The notes under the pieces are model-generated. The model had not been told where the DNA came from and did not search any database. It was given only the letters and a program-made list of their open reading frames with translations. The position numbers and the translations under genes were made by a program. DNA of 64,000 bases from a virus: the IMG/VR virus record IMGVR_UViG_3300043540_000321, positions 96,001-160,000 of that record. One strand, 5' to 3'. Numbering within the stretch: position 1 is the first letter of the stretch; each line of letters begins with the position of its first letter. Of the stretch, positions 47,637 through 57,873 are shown piece by piece.

Positions 47637-48104
47637 ATGAAGTTGATTAAACTGATTGATGAAAACAAGCAAAAATTAGCAGATGGCTGCATTTTGCCAG
47701 ACGGACAGGTGGCGATTGCCTGGTGTGATCTGCTGACTCATGGCACCTACCCAGACATCGAGTCGCTTGTAGCCATTCAATCGAAGATTCCAGGGCGAGA
47801 AATTGTAGACCACGTGACTGACCTTAATCAGAAATGGTCCGGGATCGATTTCTACGGTTTCTCGCTAGTCAGAGATGAAGATGTAACAGGGGTAAGCGGT
47901 AAGGGTGTCGTTGCTGTAGGGTGCAAGTTCCCCCGTCGGATGGTAGTGTTGCAATGGGTAGTTGGCATCCCTTCGACCTTCTGGTATCCAAACCTTGAAA
48001 CTTTAAGGGTTTTACATGGACACAACGGAAAAACTCGGATCGTTCCGTGTCTGAAGTCAGGGGTTTCCGCTCCCTCCCCAACCCACGGAGGATTCGATGA
48101 GTAA
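47637..48104 (+). CDS. conserved phage hypothetical protein
   Basis: FSLVRDEDVTGVSGKGVVAVG...VVLQW is a motif I recall from phage proteins of unknown function. Confidence 0.65.
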   Translation: MKLIKLIDENKQKLADGCILPDGQVAIAWCDLLTHGTYPDIESLVAIQSKIPGREIVDHVTDLNQKWSGIDFYGFSLVRDEDVTGVSGKGVVAVGCKFPRRMVVLQWVVGIPSTFWYPNLETLRVLHGHNGKTRIVPCLKSGVSAPSPTHGGFDE

Positions 48105-48504
48105 AGTTATTTGGCTTCTTATAGAAACGGAGTTCCGAGGCCCTTACATTATTGAGATGACAAAGGAAGCCATTCTCAGAGTTCAAGAGTTGGCCGCTCA
48201 TGTCTTGTCTATCAGAGGAATGTGGTCCGTCAAGATTGACCTCAGCACCATAGGTGGGATCACCGTTTACAAGGTCGGCGACAACGAACAAGTTCTCGCC
48301 CAGTTTGACCACAAAAATTACACCGTCGTATCTGAAGAGTCTTCCAGACCCAAAGAGGCGTTTTTCGTCTCTCTATGTGTCGCTGAGGTCTTAGCAGGTA
48401 TGGAAGAGGCAATGGTCATTCAGTTCGCCGCGGATGGTGGAGATGATGAGACCGAAGAAATGTTTACCATCCCTAATTTATTGGAGGAGTTTGAACGAAT
48501 TTAG
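48097..48504 (+). CDS. hypothetical protein
   Basis: 135 aa, GGAGG RBS. Confidence 0.65.
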   Translation: MSKVIWLLIETEFRGPYIIEMTKEAILRVQELAAHVLSIRGMWSVKIDLSTIGGITVYKVGDNEQVLAQFDHKNYTVVSEESSRPKEAFFVSLCVAEVLAGMEEAMVIQFAADGGDDETEEMFTIPNLLEEFERI

Positions 48505-48639
48505 CCTGCACTCCCCCATCCTCGCCAGCAGGTGGGGGAGCTTCATCGGTATGTGTTTAGGAGAATTAGACGGGAAGCCCAGCGCTGTACCGCTTCGGTC
48601 AGCGTCGGGTAAGTCACCGCGTGAGAGCAAGGAGAAATA

Positions 48640-49143
48640 ATGCTATCTCAAAATCTAATCAAGACTATTTGTACGGAGATGACAGGAGGCTCTTCCTGTT
48701 ATTTCATCCAGGGGCACAACCTGGCGATCTGTCATCTGGAGATGGATGAAGCGGACTGGGTCTTCATTGATAAAGTGCGGAGTTCGAGTGTCGATCGCAT
48801 GTTCGACATGCGAAACCAACGGTTATTAAAGTACGAGCCAGCGGTTAGATGGCTGCGCCCAGTTCTCGAAGAGTACTTCCAAATGAGAGACCTGAGCTGG
48901 AGCGACGAAGACCAGCAGAACGCCCTCCGAGAAGGGTGGGGGCTCTTCCACGTAGACGACGTCTACCCTGAGATCCAGAAGTTCGACGAGGCTTGCGTCT
49001 TTGAATCTGACGCCAGCGCGGTCGCTCACATTATGGGTGCTGTTAAGTTCTCTGATGATTGTCCGGAGTACTACAGAAAAGCCTGGGCGATTCACAGCCT
49101 ATTCGCCGCACATTCCCTCAACAGAAATCCGATCCAGGTATGA
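48640..49143 (+). CDS. hypothetical protein
   Basis: 167 aa, AAGGAG RBS. Confidence 0.65.
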   Translation: MLSQNLIKTICTEMTGGSSCYFIQGHNLAICHLEMDEADWVFIDKVRSSSVDRMFDMRNQRLLKYEPAVRWLRPVLEEYFQMRDLSWSDEDQQNALREGWGLFHVDDVYPEIQKFDEACVFESDASAVAHIMGAVKFSDDCPEYYRKAWAIHSLFAAHSLNRNPIQV

Positions 49144-50051
49144 GTCAAGCCGAGCATAGTGAACTGAGAGATATCCCAGGTCTGGAGGGGATATATGGAA
49201 TCACGCCAGACGGGCGGGTGTGGAGCTACCGAACCCAACGGTGGGCGACCCGCTATTACACCAAGACGAGCACCCGTCGCCTGGAAGTATCTCTTGGAGT
49301 CGGGGGTCGCAGGTTATCTTTTCGAGTCGACCATCTCCTTGCTATCACCTACGTTCCCAACCCAAACCACGATCGCTATGCTCGGTTTATTAATCCGGAT
49401 GGACCTGTCCATGTGAGTAATGTCGGTTGGTTCCCTGAACCCGACCAACGAGAGGAGAGTCCGATCAGTCGAGAATCGATAATGGCTCGCCTCTCGAGAG
49501 AACGAGGTCAGGAGGATGGGTTCGAAATTATTAAAAAGGACATTTTGCCCGATGAGGAGCTACTTGAAGTTCCCGACGTGCCGGATGTCTTAGTGACCCG
49601 AACCGGTCGAGTATTCAAACGCCACCCTCGGCAGCATGTTCGGGATTATCGAGAGCTTAAGACCTATTCCAACTCAAAGGGGGTTGGAACGCCTAAGGTA
49701 ACCGTAGAGGGAAAGACCTACAAGGTGAAAGACCTTTTAGCACGAGCCTTCTGTGAGAATCCAAACCCCATCCGATTTCGATACGTCCGGCATGTCAACA
49801 ACTTGCTGACCGATATTCACGTAGACAACCTCTACTGGGCAGAGCGCCCTTACTCCCCCTACGACCGATTAGAAGTTCAAGAGCTTCGTCAGGTCTCTCA
49901 AAAGCGCGGGATATCCAGTCACGGGCAGGATCGGGAAGACCTTATTTTCAAACTTGTTGAAAAAGACCTCGAATCCAGGCTGACATCTGGATTACAAGAG
50001 TGGATTGATTATTTTTCTAGAAAATCTAATGGAGACCCGAATGACACCTAA
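49140..50051 (+). CDS. tandem NUMOD4/HNH-like endonuclease-derived protein
   Basis: Two units: RDIPGLEGIYGITPDGRVWS..DHLLAITYVPNP..SNVGW and EVPDVPDVLVTRTGRVFK..DLLARAFCENP..HVNN..DNLYW. Confidence 0.7.
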   Translation: MSQAEHSELRDIPGLEGIYGITPDGRVWSYRTQRWATRYYTKTSTRRLEVSLGVGGRRLSFRVDHLLAITYVPNPNHDRYARFINPDGPVHVSNVGWFPEPDQREESPISRESIMARLSRERGQEDGFEIIKKDILPDEELLEVPDVPDVLVTRTGRVFKRHPRQHVRDYRELKTYSNSKGVGTPKVTVEGKTYKVKDLLARAFCENPNPIRFRYVRHVNNLLTDIHVDNLYWAERPYSPYDRLEVQELRQVSQKRGISSHGQDREDLIFKLVEKDLESRLTSGLQEWIDYFSRKSNGDPNDT

Positions 50052-50400
50052 ACAGTTCAAAGAACTCTATCTGCAAGAAGACCACGTCCTTGAGTTTCAA
50101 GACTATCAGCAGGCTATCGACGCCCAGAACGCCATTAACGCATCTGGGCTGATCTTTAGCTTGGGACGGGTCATGGAGAAGATTAATAAAGAGGCGACCG
50201 AGCGGAACCAGGGCGGAACCTTTCGCAATTCCCACCCTATTCTTCGAATGTATCTGGAACAGCTCACGTTCTTGTGTGGTTATGACCTGGACGAGCAAGA
50301 GGCGCACGGTCTTCAGATCACAGAGTGTGAGAAAGCAGGGATGCCCTACATGACCGCGTACGACATCTGTATGGAAAAGGCGAGGTTGGAGGATGTCTGA
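50005..50400 (+). CDS. hypothetical protein
   Basis: ORF; likely start at ATG 50041. Confidence 0.6.
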   Translation: MIIFLENLMETRMTPKQFKELYLQEDHVLEFQDYQQAIDAQNAINASGLIFSLGRVMEKINKEATERNQGGTFRNSHPILRMYLEQLTFLCGYDLDEQEAHGLQITECEKAGMPYMTAYDICMEKARLEDV

Positions 50401-50623
50401 ATTCAGTCCGAAAGAACTGGCGACAGTGCTCGCCGCCCTGCGGTTCTGGCAACGGTCAGTTAAAGGAACAACACCCCGAATTATTGAAGGATACGAGCAC
50501 TTCATTGTCTCAGAGCAAACGCCTCTGGAAGACCATGAAATAGACAACCTGTGCGAGAGACTAAATTTTGGAGAAGAGTATGACTGTAAAAGCGAGTCGA
50601 CTTCCGACTCACATTCAAGTTGA
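50393..50623 (+). CDS. hypothetical protein
   Basis: GGAGG RBS, 76 aa. Confidence 0.65.
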   Translation: MSEFSPKELATVLAALRFWQRSVKGTTPRIIEGYEHFIVSEQTPLEDHEIDNLCERLNFGEEYDCKSESTSDSHSS

Positions 50624-50811
50624 CCTTTACTACAGAACGGTATCCAGGCATCGAAATTAAATCTATGTATGCCAATTATGATGGCACTGTCTATGTCAGC
50701 TTCAGTTTTCCCGGCGGCAAGTATACCACTGAGTGGAGGCTTGAGGACGGAGTGGAGAAGCTGTTCATTAGAAGAGATGATCTAGATGCCTGGAACGAGT
50801 ATGTCGACTAA
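50620..50811 (+). CDS. hypothetical protein
   Basis: 63 aa, overlapping start/stop. Confidence 0.45.
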   Translation: MTFTTERYPGIEIKSMYANYDGTVYVSFSFPGGKYTTEWRLEDGVEKLFIRRDDLDAWNEYVD

Positions 50812-51005
50812 TCGATCGACTCAATATTAAAACTCTCAGACATCTCGCCTGGGGACGAAAAATTTCTATCCGAGAAGGAGCAAGAATCCTATCGAAGGAG
50901 GAATTAATTATTAAAATCGTCCAGGCCGACCTGAGAAGTGATGCAGTAGGGATTGTGGAGTGGGAAGATTATTTCTCTAGACAAAACCAAACGCTAAGCT
51001 GATAG

Positions 51006-51320
51006 ATGATTTCTACAGAAGAAGTCGTAGACTTCGAAGGCTTCGCTGACCTAACAGGTCTGGGATACAGATCTTATACGGAGCGAGTGTTAAGCGTGCT
51101 GGATGTTCCTATCGAAGTGTGGGACTACGCCGCGACATTATCCAAAATGATAGATGAGAATATGCTCTGCTTGAACCTTGAGCGAGCGATTTACATCTGT
51201 GAGTACCCTGTCCGTAGAGGAGAGGAGCTGCCAGAGCAGGCCGCGAAATTATTAATAATCTTACGCCAAGCCAGATTTCTAGGATACGAATTCGTCTTCT
51301 TATTTCACGGAGAATTTTGA
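51006..51320 (+). CDS. hypothetical protein
   Basis: 104 aa. Confidence 0.6.
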   Translation: MISTEEVVDFEGFADLTGLGYRSYTERVLSVLDVPIEVWDYAATLSKMIDENMLCLNLERAIYICEYPVRRGEELPEQAAKLLIILRQARFLGYEFVFLFHGEF

Positions 51321-51697
51321 TGGCCCTTAGCCCGAACGTTAAAACCTTTATTAATTTTCTTGAGAAAGAGTGGGCAGTCGAACCTGTAACTCTCGAGAAT
51401 TTATCGACACTGGTAGACAAGTTCCAACTGGAGTATCCTTACGACGAAACCAAAGACATTCTGCCGTACTGGTGTGCTGAGGATGCAAAAACTGCTGCCG
51501 GCATGTGTAAACCAGGGATGACATTGTCGGATGATGATGCTGAAATAGTGCTGGAACATGCGGCTGACAAATTTGATGCCAACCTCGGAATCAATTGGGA
51601 CATCTTACAGTTCCATATTCAGTATCTCCTCGACATAGAGGAGATTACTCTGATTTCTGACCCAGACTACGTGTTAGAAGGATCGGAGGATTTCTAA
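51317..51697 (+). CDS. hypothetical protein
   Basis: 126 aa, coupled to neighbours. Confidence 0.65.
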   Translation: MMALSPNVKTFINFLEKEWAVEPVTLENLSTLVDKFQLEYPYDETKDILPYWCAEDAKTAAGMCKPGMTLSDDDAEIVLEHAADKFDANLGINWDILQFHIQYLLDIEEITLISDPDYVLEGSEDF

Positions 51698-51942
51698 TGT
51701 TGCCGGTAGAAATAAAAGACCAGTTAATGCGGCGATCGCTCCAAGATGTTCGCCAGCTCAGGCTGGAGGCTGAGAACTTCTTTAATTACGGGCATCTTCC
51801 CACTGCCTCTACAGAGTTCGGGAGGTTAATTCTCGAAACCAAGGGAGAAATCACACGTCCGAACATTCAGACGGCAGCCACCGGCATATACTTGGCGGCG
51901 ATCGAGATGCGTGAGTACCGCTACGAAGGAGACCCGCAATGA
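51697..51942 (+). CDS. hypothetical protein
   Basis: 81 aa, TAATG coupling. Confidence 0.6.
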   Translation: MLPVEIKDQLMRRSLQDVRQLRLEAENFFNYGHLPTASTEFGRLILETKGEITRPNIQTAATGIYLAAIEMREYRYEGDPQ

Positions 51943-52082
51943 TAGATTTCAGCGCTATGTCTCTGGAGCAACTTCTTGCCATTGACACCAAGAGTCTCTC
52001 TAATGAGGACCTCCGCGCTTCTACGAAGAGCTCGCGAAGCATGAGGTGAAGATGACCTACTTAACACGCCAGAGGAATACCA

Positions 52083-52298
52083 ATGCCTAACTACGTTGTT
52101 GCCGTGCGCGAGGTTCATATCGCATATTACGACGTGAGCGATGCGTCTGACCCCGTAGACGCGATAAAAGCCGTCAAAGAAAGAAGAGCAAACACCACTT
52201 ATGTGGAGGGAGCGCTCGAATATTCCCATGAGCTTGACTCCTCGACCTGGAGTGTGGAAGACGAGGAAGGGCAGGTAATAACGTATCCGCTGCAATAA
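52083..52298 (+). CDS. hypothetical protein
   Basis: GAGG RBS, 71 aa. Confidence 0.65.
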   Translation: MPNYVVAVREVHIAYYDVSDASDPVDAIKAVKERRANTTYVEGALEYSHELDSSTWSVEDEEGQVITYPLQ

Positions 52299-52361
52299 CC
52301 AAAGAGTCCCTGACCACCCAGGGACTCTTTTAATAAAACTTCAATTGCGAATGAGGAAGAG

Positions 52362-52610
52362 ATGACTGAAAGTAAAACCAATATTACCGAAGAGCTACGA
52401 TCTCACTTTCAAGCGATCGTGTCTGGGAAATACGACAACTTCTGTCTGCTCTCGTGTTTCGTTAACGACGAACCCGGGGCAGCTATCTGCGCTGTAAGTG
52501 TCAGTGAAGAAGGAGAAGAGTTTGTTATCGAGCCTCTATTCGTGTCCGTCACACCCTCCATGAGGATTGTCGACCATGAGGGAAGGGAGGCGAGAGAAGA
52601 GAATGAGTGA
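52362..52610 (+). CDS. hypothetical protein
   Basis: GAGG RBS, 82 aa. Confidence 0.65.
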   Translation: MTESKTNITEELRSHFQAIVSGKYDNFCLLSCFVNDEPGAAICAVSVSEEGEEFVIEPLFVSVTPSMRIVDHEGREAREENE

Positions 52611-52705
52611 AGTAGAGCTATACACCGGCATTTTTGGCTGGAACAGAGCCGAGCGCATTACTGACCGGTATGGGTCGGTCAAACTGTTTAATAAGGAATC
52701 TAAAA

Positions 52706-52900
52706 ATGGACATCTCTAAGCAAGTTTACGAACTAGCCTTGATTGCTGTAGAAGAAAACGAAGATTGCGTGGGGTTCTGTCTAGCCTGCGGGACGGAGCA
52801 CAGTGATGTCGAACCCGATGCCCAAGAATATGAGTGTGAAGCCTGTGGCGAACCTGCCGTGTATGGTGCTGAGCAAATCGTTATTATGGGCGGGTTCTGA
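52706..52900 (+). CDS. small zinc-ribbon protein
   Basis: GFCLACG...YECEACG...VYGAE. Confidence 0.7.
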   Translation: MDISKQVYELALIAVEENEDCVGFCLACGTEHSDVEPDAQEYECEACGEPAVYGAEQIVIMGGF

Positions 52901-52906
52901 CGAACT

Positions 52907-53560
52907 ATGAAAATGACTGAAACTCAAACCCGGGTTAGCCTCGGGCGTTTACAGGAATTATTAAAGTCTACGTGGTTGCCTATTGTCGAAGGTCTGCACG
53001 ATGAATTCGACTACCTGGATATCTACAAAAATACGAAGCCTCATGTTGGCTACGAAGGATATATCCCTTTCGTTGATGGGGGAGCTGAGTTTTGGGTGAT
53101 GATTAGCTCCTGGGAGATTATTGAGAACTCTTGGTTCCAGACCACGATCGGGCCTGCGCTGCAAAAGTCCTTCTGGGATGAAGTTAATACAGCGGACGAC
53201 GCTGAGTCCGGCAAGGACGAAAAGTTCTTTGATGAGCAGCTAGATTACTACGACTCGTATGAGGCCGGTGTCTGGCTGAAATGCCGATGCTTGGTGGAAG
53301 AGTTGGAAGATGGGTCTTGGGAAGCTTCCTTCGATAGCTACCTCTGTGAAGATAATTACGGACGAGACTACATCTCCTGGCTGAGGTGCTACGGTGCGAA
53401 TCCTAACCAAACCGTCGGCGACTTCCTTGAGGTTGTCCACCAAAACGACTTCGAGACGGAAGAGGGTCTAGTGAAGTTCCTTCGGAATGTAGCCCAACAA
53501 CAGGTCGACTACCTTAAGCAGTTAAGAGATGGGATAGAGGAAAAAGAGGAGGAGAGTTAG
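52907..53560 (+). CDS. hypothetical acidic protein
   Basis: 217 aa. Confidence 0.7.
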   Translation: MKMTETQTRVSLGRLQELLKSTWLPIVEGLHDEFDYLDIYKNTKPHVGYEGYIPFVDGGAEFWVMISSWEIIENSWFQTTIGPALQKSFWDEVNTADDAESGKDEKFFDEQLDYYDSYEAGVWLKCRCLVEELEDGSWEASFDSYLCEDNYGRDYISWLRCYGANPNQTVGDFLEVVHQNDFETEEGLVKFLRNVAQQQVDYLKQLRDGIEEKEEES

Positions 53561-54246
53561 TGGAAAGTCAACCTATCGGTGAGAAAGTTATGCACTTAGA
53601 CGACATTGTAAAAAGGTTCTTGCATACGAATGAGGTTTCCCTCAAGTACGAACTGGTCGAAGAGACAGAAGACTTTACAGTATTCCGTATACAACTTAAT
53701 CCCCTTCTGGAAGAAACTGCCCCCAAACGCTGGGAGTACTGTGTTTACATTCCAAGCTTGGATGCCTTCTACTGTGAAGAGACGGCTGACGATGCCATTC
53801 GGTTAGGACAGAAAATGTCCAAGGTCGAGATCATTTGCCCGAACGACATCTATAATGCCCCAGTTCTTTCTTCTAGAACTGCCCTATGGACTTTGACCGA
53901 TGGTTGGCATCGTCATTTGGAAGAGCTGCCTGATGGTTTCTTAGATGATATCGAGCAAGACCAGGTCTTGCTCAAGATCCACGTCGATGAGGACCTCGAT
54001 GGCGAACGGTGCATCCAAATTGGTTCTGTGTGGTTCCAAGACCATCCGGTTATGATCTATCGTCATGCCGGACGTGGAGGACATGACCAGTATGGACGGT
54101 TCATCACTGACCCCGTCCGATTTGAACAGATGATCAGTTATCTTCGAAGTCTGAAACAGCAAGTCGAGCCCGAGTACAACGTCTATGACCCGAACGAACC
54201 CTCTCTCGACTTGACCTACTTCTATGGGGTGTACTGGAACTTTTAA
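53560..54246 (+). CDS. hypothetical protein, paralog of 54515..55156
   Basis: Shared CPNDIYNAP, GERC...GSVWF..PVMIYRHA..GG.D and VYDPNEPS motifs. Confidence 0.75.
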   Translation: MESQPIGEKVMHLDDIVKRFLHTNEVSLKYELVEETEDFTVFRIQLNPLLEETAPKRWEYCVYIPSLDAFYCEETADDAIRLGQKMSKVEIICPNDIYNAPVLSSRTALWTLTDGWHRHLEELPDGFLDDIEQDQVLLKIHVDEDLDGERCIQIGSVWFQDHPVMIYRHAGRGGHDQYGRFITDPVRFEQMISYLRSLKQQVEPEYNVYDPNEPSLDLTYFYGVYWNF

Positions 54247-54254
54247 CAAACACG

Positions 54255-54521
54255 ATGACTAAAAGTTGCACCTGCTGGAAAATCCCAGATGGATTTCCAC
54301 CTGTTATGGGCGATGCCCTTTTTTCTAAACCTGGACAGAAAGGAACTAGCTGCGGCAAAGTTCACGCCCGAGGTGATGAAGGCTGCTGGATGTACATTAA
54401 CGACCGCCGTCCTTCAAGGGAGGCAATTTTAGAGGGAGTTCTAGAAGACAAGTCGCAGTACACATTAATTAGGTACTGCGAAGAGGTTTACGAAGTTGAG
54501 TTTGAGGATAAATCATGCTAA
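54255..54521 (+). CDS. hypothetical Cys-containing protein
   Basis: 88 aa. Confidence 0.55.
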   Translation: MTKSCTCWKIPDGFPPVMGDALFSKPGQKGTSCGKVHARGDEGCWMYINDRRPSREAILEGVLEDKSQYTLIRYCEEVYEVEFEDKSC

Positions 54522-55156
54522 AGGAAGAAGTACTCAAGGAAGTATTTCCATACGCAGATAAGACGGAGCTTATAGAATGTGAGCTCGTATTTCAAAATGA
54601 AAACTTCGCAATCTTAAGTTTTCCGTCGAGTCTGCCTCTCCAAGACCGAACTTATGTGATATACGTCTTTAACGTCGAAGACTGGTTTGCAGAAAGTAGC
54701 TACGAAAAAGCGGTAGCCATCGGCGAGAAGTTAACTCACTCACTTCTCTGCCCAAACGATATTTACAACGCGCCGTACGAAGAAACTTATCACTTAGGTG
54801 TCTTAACCAACAGGTGGTACCTACACCTTCCAGAGTTGCCCGAGGGCTCGCTCGATTCTGTTGAGCAGACCAGAGTGATGTGTCGAACTCACATCAACGG
54901 CGAGAGATGCTTCATCGTCGGCTCCGTTTGGTTCGATGGCAAACCTGTAATGATTTACCGTCACGCCTGGCAAGGAGGTCGAGATGTGTGCGATCGCTTC
55001 ATCACAGAGGGGGAACTGTTCGACGAGATGATTCGATATCTGAGAAGTCTTCTCCCAGTAAAAGGTGAGAAAAAGGTCTACGACCCGAACGAGCCGTCTG
55101 TGGAATTGAGCAGGTTTTACGGACGATTTATAGAGGTTCCAAAAGGAAATGCCTGA
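54515..55156 (+). CDS. hypothetical protein, paralog of 53560..54246
   Basis: Same shared motifs as 53560..54246. Confidence 0.75.
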   Translation: MLKEEVLKEVFPYADKTELIECELVFQNENFAILSFPSSLPLQDRTYVIYVFNVEDWFAESSYEKAVAIGEKLTHSLLCPNDIYNAPYEETYHLGVLTNRWYLHLPELPEGSLDSVEQTRVMCRTHINGERCFIVGSVWFDGKPVMIYRHAWQGGRDVCDRFITEGELFDEMIRYLRSLLPVKGEKKVYDPNEPSVELSRFYGRFIEVPKGNA

Positions 55157-55364
55157 GACGAACCAGTGGGTTAGCACAAGAGAAAGAATGCCGACGGAGT
55201 TTGGTCGTAAATACCTGATTTTCCATAGACACGACGAGCTCCAACTAGCGTATTTCGACGGAAAGCATTGGTGGGACCACGAAGATTCTGACTACGAATA
55301 TATGTCCTCGGTACTCTTTTGGATGGATGTAGAACTTCCTCGACGAATCTATGACCGACAATAA
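55149..55364 (+). CDS. DUF551-like protein
   Basis: WVSTRERMP...YLIF...WWD...VLFWM pattern. Confidence 0.6.
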   Translation: MPETNQWVSTRERMPTEFGRKYLIFHRHDELQLAYFDGKHWWDHEDSDYEYMSSVLFWMDVELPRRIYDRQ

Positions 55365-55812
55365 GAAATACACTCTTGTTAAATTTCGCGGAGAGCGCTA
55401 CAAAGTCGAGTTTCTCGACCCAGGGTGGGACGGCTGTCCTCTGTTCCTATTTGGACATGAGTTCGGTCCCACCCATCTTATTCGTGCTGACCATTATGGC
55501 TCGGCGTGGGAAGAGTGGTTAGATGAGCAACCACCCATTAAAAAGGATGACCTGTGGCTGGCGTATGGGTTCAACTCCGAAGATTCTTACAAAGCGTTCT
55601 GCCTCCTGTTCCAAATGGGATTGAAGGAGCAAGCCTGGGCGATCGCCAAGTCCGAGGGAATCGACGGGTCTGGCGTTTCAGTACCAGAGGACTATCCCCC
55701 TATCATCGAAGGGTATGACTACCAGCCCAACGCCACCGGCACTGGCATCGTGGATGTGGGACACTACGTTTGGGTCGCTCAACTCAGAAATGGAGAGTGG
55801 GTTCGTATATGA
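55351..55812 (+). CDS. hypothetical protein
   Basis: 153 aa. Confidence 0.65.
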   Translation: MTDNKKYTLVKFRGERYKVEFLDPGWDGCPLFLFGHEFGPTHLIRADHYGSAWEEWLDEQPPIKKDDLWLAYGFNSEDSYKAFCLLFQMGLKEQAWAIAKSEGIDGSGVSVPEDYPPIIEGYDYQPNATGTGIVDVGHYVWVAQLRNGEWVRI

Positions 55813-56027
55813 GTGAGCTAGAAGAGGCAATTAAAGGCTGGGAAGAGGCTGCTCAGCACGAAGAAGCAGTGTTTAAGGGAACCAACGGTCGACTTGGCAA
55901 CCTCAACCTTGCGAATACCTGTCGGCGGGCAGCCGAAGCTCTGAGAATTCGGCAGAGGACTGGGAAGGTTGTTTGTGTCTGCCACTTTCTACCCTATGAA
56001 GCTTGTCGGAGGTTAAAGGGAAAATGA
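55770..56027 (+). CDS. hypothetical protein
   Basis: Likely start at ATG 55809. Confidence 0.55.
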   Translation: MGRSTQKWRVGSYMSELEEAIKGWEEAAQHEEAVFKGTNGRLGNLNLANTCRRAAEALRIRQRTGKVVCVCHFLPYEACRRLKGK

Positions 56028-56111
56028 AAGAGGTCGAGTGCCTCAAGAATTGATTGATAGGAGCGATCACTTTTCAGACCCGCCTATTTGCCAGCATAGA
56101 AGCTGAACCAT

Positions 56112-56300
56112 TTGGGCACTCGTATGAAGGTTAAACTCTCTCCGGAGTTGAAAACAAAACTCATCTCCTTTATCAGCACCTACGCGATCGCATTTTTCAC
56201 AGGCTCCGTCAGCGACTTGGGTGTGTTGGGTGCCACCCTTCAAGAGCTGGCTGACCTGGTGAAGGCTGAGGACGCTAAGGAAAATCCCAGCAAGCAGTAG
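56112..56300 (+). CDS. small hypothetical protein
   Basis: 62 aa followed by a terminator. Confidence 0.5.
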   Translation: MGTRMKVKLSPELKTKLISFISTYAIAFFTGSVSDLGVLGATLQELADLVKAEDAKENPSKQ

Positions 56301-56314
56301 TTTTCTCGTAGATG

Positions 56315-56350
56315 AAAAGAGGTAGCCGGCGGCGGCTACCCCTTTTTTTT
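56315..56350 (+). terminator. intrinsic terminator
   Basis: GGTAGCCG-GCGG-CGGCTACC followed by a T8+ run. Confidence 0.7.
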
Positions 56351-56370
56351 ATTAAATGAACCGTTCAAAC

Positions 56371-57228
56371 TTACAACTTGAATTTGCGAAGAGCCAGCTT
56401 AATAGCCGCATTGTGAGCTTCGTCAAGGTCGTCGACGTAAAGACGAGGTGTCATGTCCTCAACGTACGCCACCGCTCTTAGACCCTCTTCCTCAGGAATG
56501 TAGTTGCGCCCAATAGAGGAGTCCCCTGAGACACACTCCCAGACTCGTACCATCTCGGCCTTACGGAGACCGAAGAGTCCTAAATAGACATGGTCTGTCC
56601 ACTTGGCGTATCTCCCTTCAGGGTCATTTTGCTGCAAAAAGTCCGTATATCGTTTACGACAGAGAACTCCTGCATTTCGAGCTTCCATCCATTTAGTTGT
56701 AGCTCGGCTGTCTTTCGCGGTGTAGACACCCTTAATAGCCGTATACGCTTCAGCGTAGAAACCTTTAATCGCAAACCACCGAATAAAATCTACAAGCTTT
56801 CTCTTAAGACTCTTGTCTGTTTTACCGGGATTGACTATAAGGTCTGCTGCTAGGTCAAACCAATCTGAAGCTTCGATAACTGTATATGAGTTACGGTCAG
56901 CTCCAAAGATTTGCATCACCCTCAAACTCTTACCAGACGGGAGTTCGAGACAGTCGTAACCGTCTTTCTGAATCACCCATCTTGAAAGAGTCGACTGGGC
57001 AATACCGATATGTCTCTCAGCCATTCGAAGACCAAAACCGACAGAAGGTTGCCCTTCTCCTAACCCATTTGGGTCAACAACTATCGCTTCAAACTCACGA
57101 CCTTCAAAAACCAGTTTGATACGATCGCCTTGTTCACAGTGAAAAGAAGATGTCATACTAACCTTAGTCCAGGCCATACCTGGGCGAGTCGTCACTGGAC
57201 AGGTGTGTGTTACCTCCCAGTGGCGCAT
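56371..57228 (-). CDS. putative DNA-binding/antirepressor-like protein
   Basis: HTH-like GLRMAERHIGIAQSTLSRW; C-terminal region resembles phage antirepressor tails (inference). Confidence 0.45.
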   Translation of the reverse strand: MRHWEVTHTCPVTTRPGMAWTKVSMTSSFHCEQGDRIKLVFEGREFEAIVVDPNGLGEGQPSVGFGLRMAERHIGIAQSTLSRWVIQKDGYDCLELPSGKSLRVMQIFGADRNSYTVIEASDWFDLAADLIVNPGKTDKSLKRKLVDFIRWFAIKGFYAEAYTAIKGVYTAKDSRATTKWMEARNAGVLCRKRYTDFLQQNDPEGRYAKWTDHVYLGLFGLRKAEMVRVWECVSGDSSIGRNYIPEEEGLRAVAYVEDMTPRLYVDDLDEAHNAAIKLALRKFKL

Positions 57229-57498
57229 TTTTTTGTCTTTTCTATTCTAATAAGCCAGATTAGTCATTAACCGGACAGTTCAGAAATCAGCAAATGCACA
57301 CCTATCAGCTAGGTGCTAGGATTAAGCTGGATTAGATTTGGGTACCTTCGATGCCTGAAGGCGTTGAGCAAAGCAAACCCGATCGACCTCCTCGAAGTCC
57401 TTTGCATTGTTAGGAGGATACCTCTGATGCCGTTAGGCGATGGTTATAACCCAATCGAACTCCTGGAAATCCTTTGTACTGTTAGAGGAATACTAATC

Positions 57499-57828
57499 AT
57501 GGTCTCTCCTGCTGATTTCAACTCTCACCTGGCCGCCTACGAGCAATCTGTGCTCGATCTGATCGACAAGACCAAAACTCAAGTTGACGAATACTACCAG
57601 AACTTGATTGCTAAGGCTGTAGCTGACGCGATCGCTCCTTTCCAAGCCAGCATTGATGCAGGCGACACTGAACTGGGTAAGGCTCTGGCCGCAGTCCAAG
57701 CAAAATTGGGTGCGATCGTTCCCGCTGCTCAAGCTCTGCCTACTCCTGCCCCTGTGGTAGCTGCTCCTCCCGAAGCATCTGCTCCTGTAGCTCCTGTAGC
57801 TCCCGCTGCTCCCGCTGCTGGTCAGTAA
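57499..57828 (+). CDS. hypothetical protein with Ala/Pro-rich tail
   Basis: GAGG RBS before ATG 57499. Confidence 0.65.
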   Translation: MVSPADFNSHLAAYEQSVLDLIDKTKTQVDEYYQNLIAKAVADAIAPFQASIDAGDTELGKALAAVQAKLGAIVPAAQALPTPAPVVAAPPEASAPVAPVAPAAPAAGQ

Positions 57829-57873
57829 GCTATAATGGACACAATGTCCTAGAGTTATTCAAACTCAACACGC

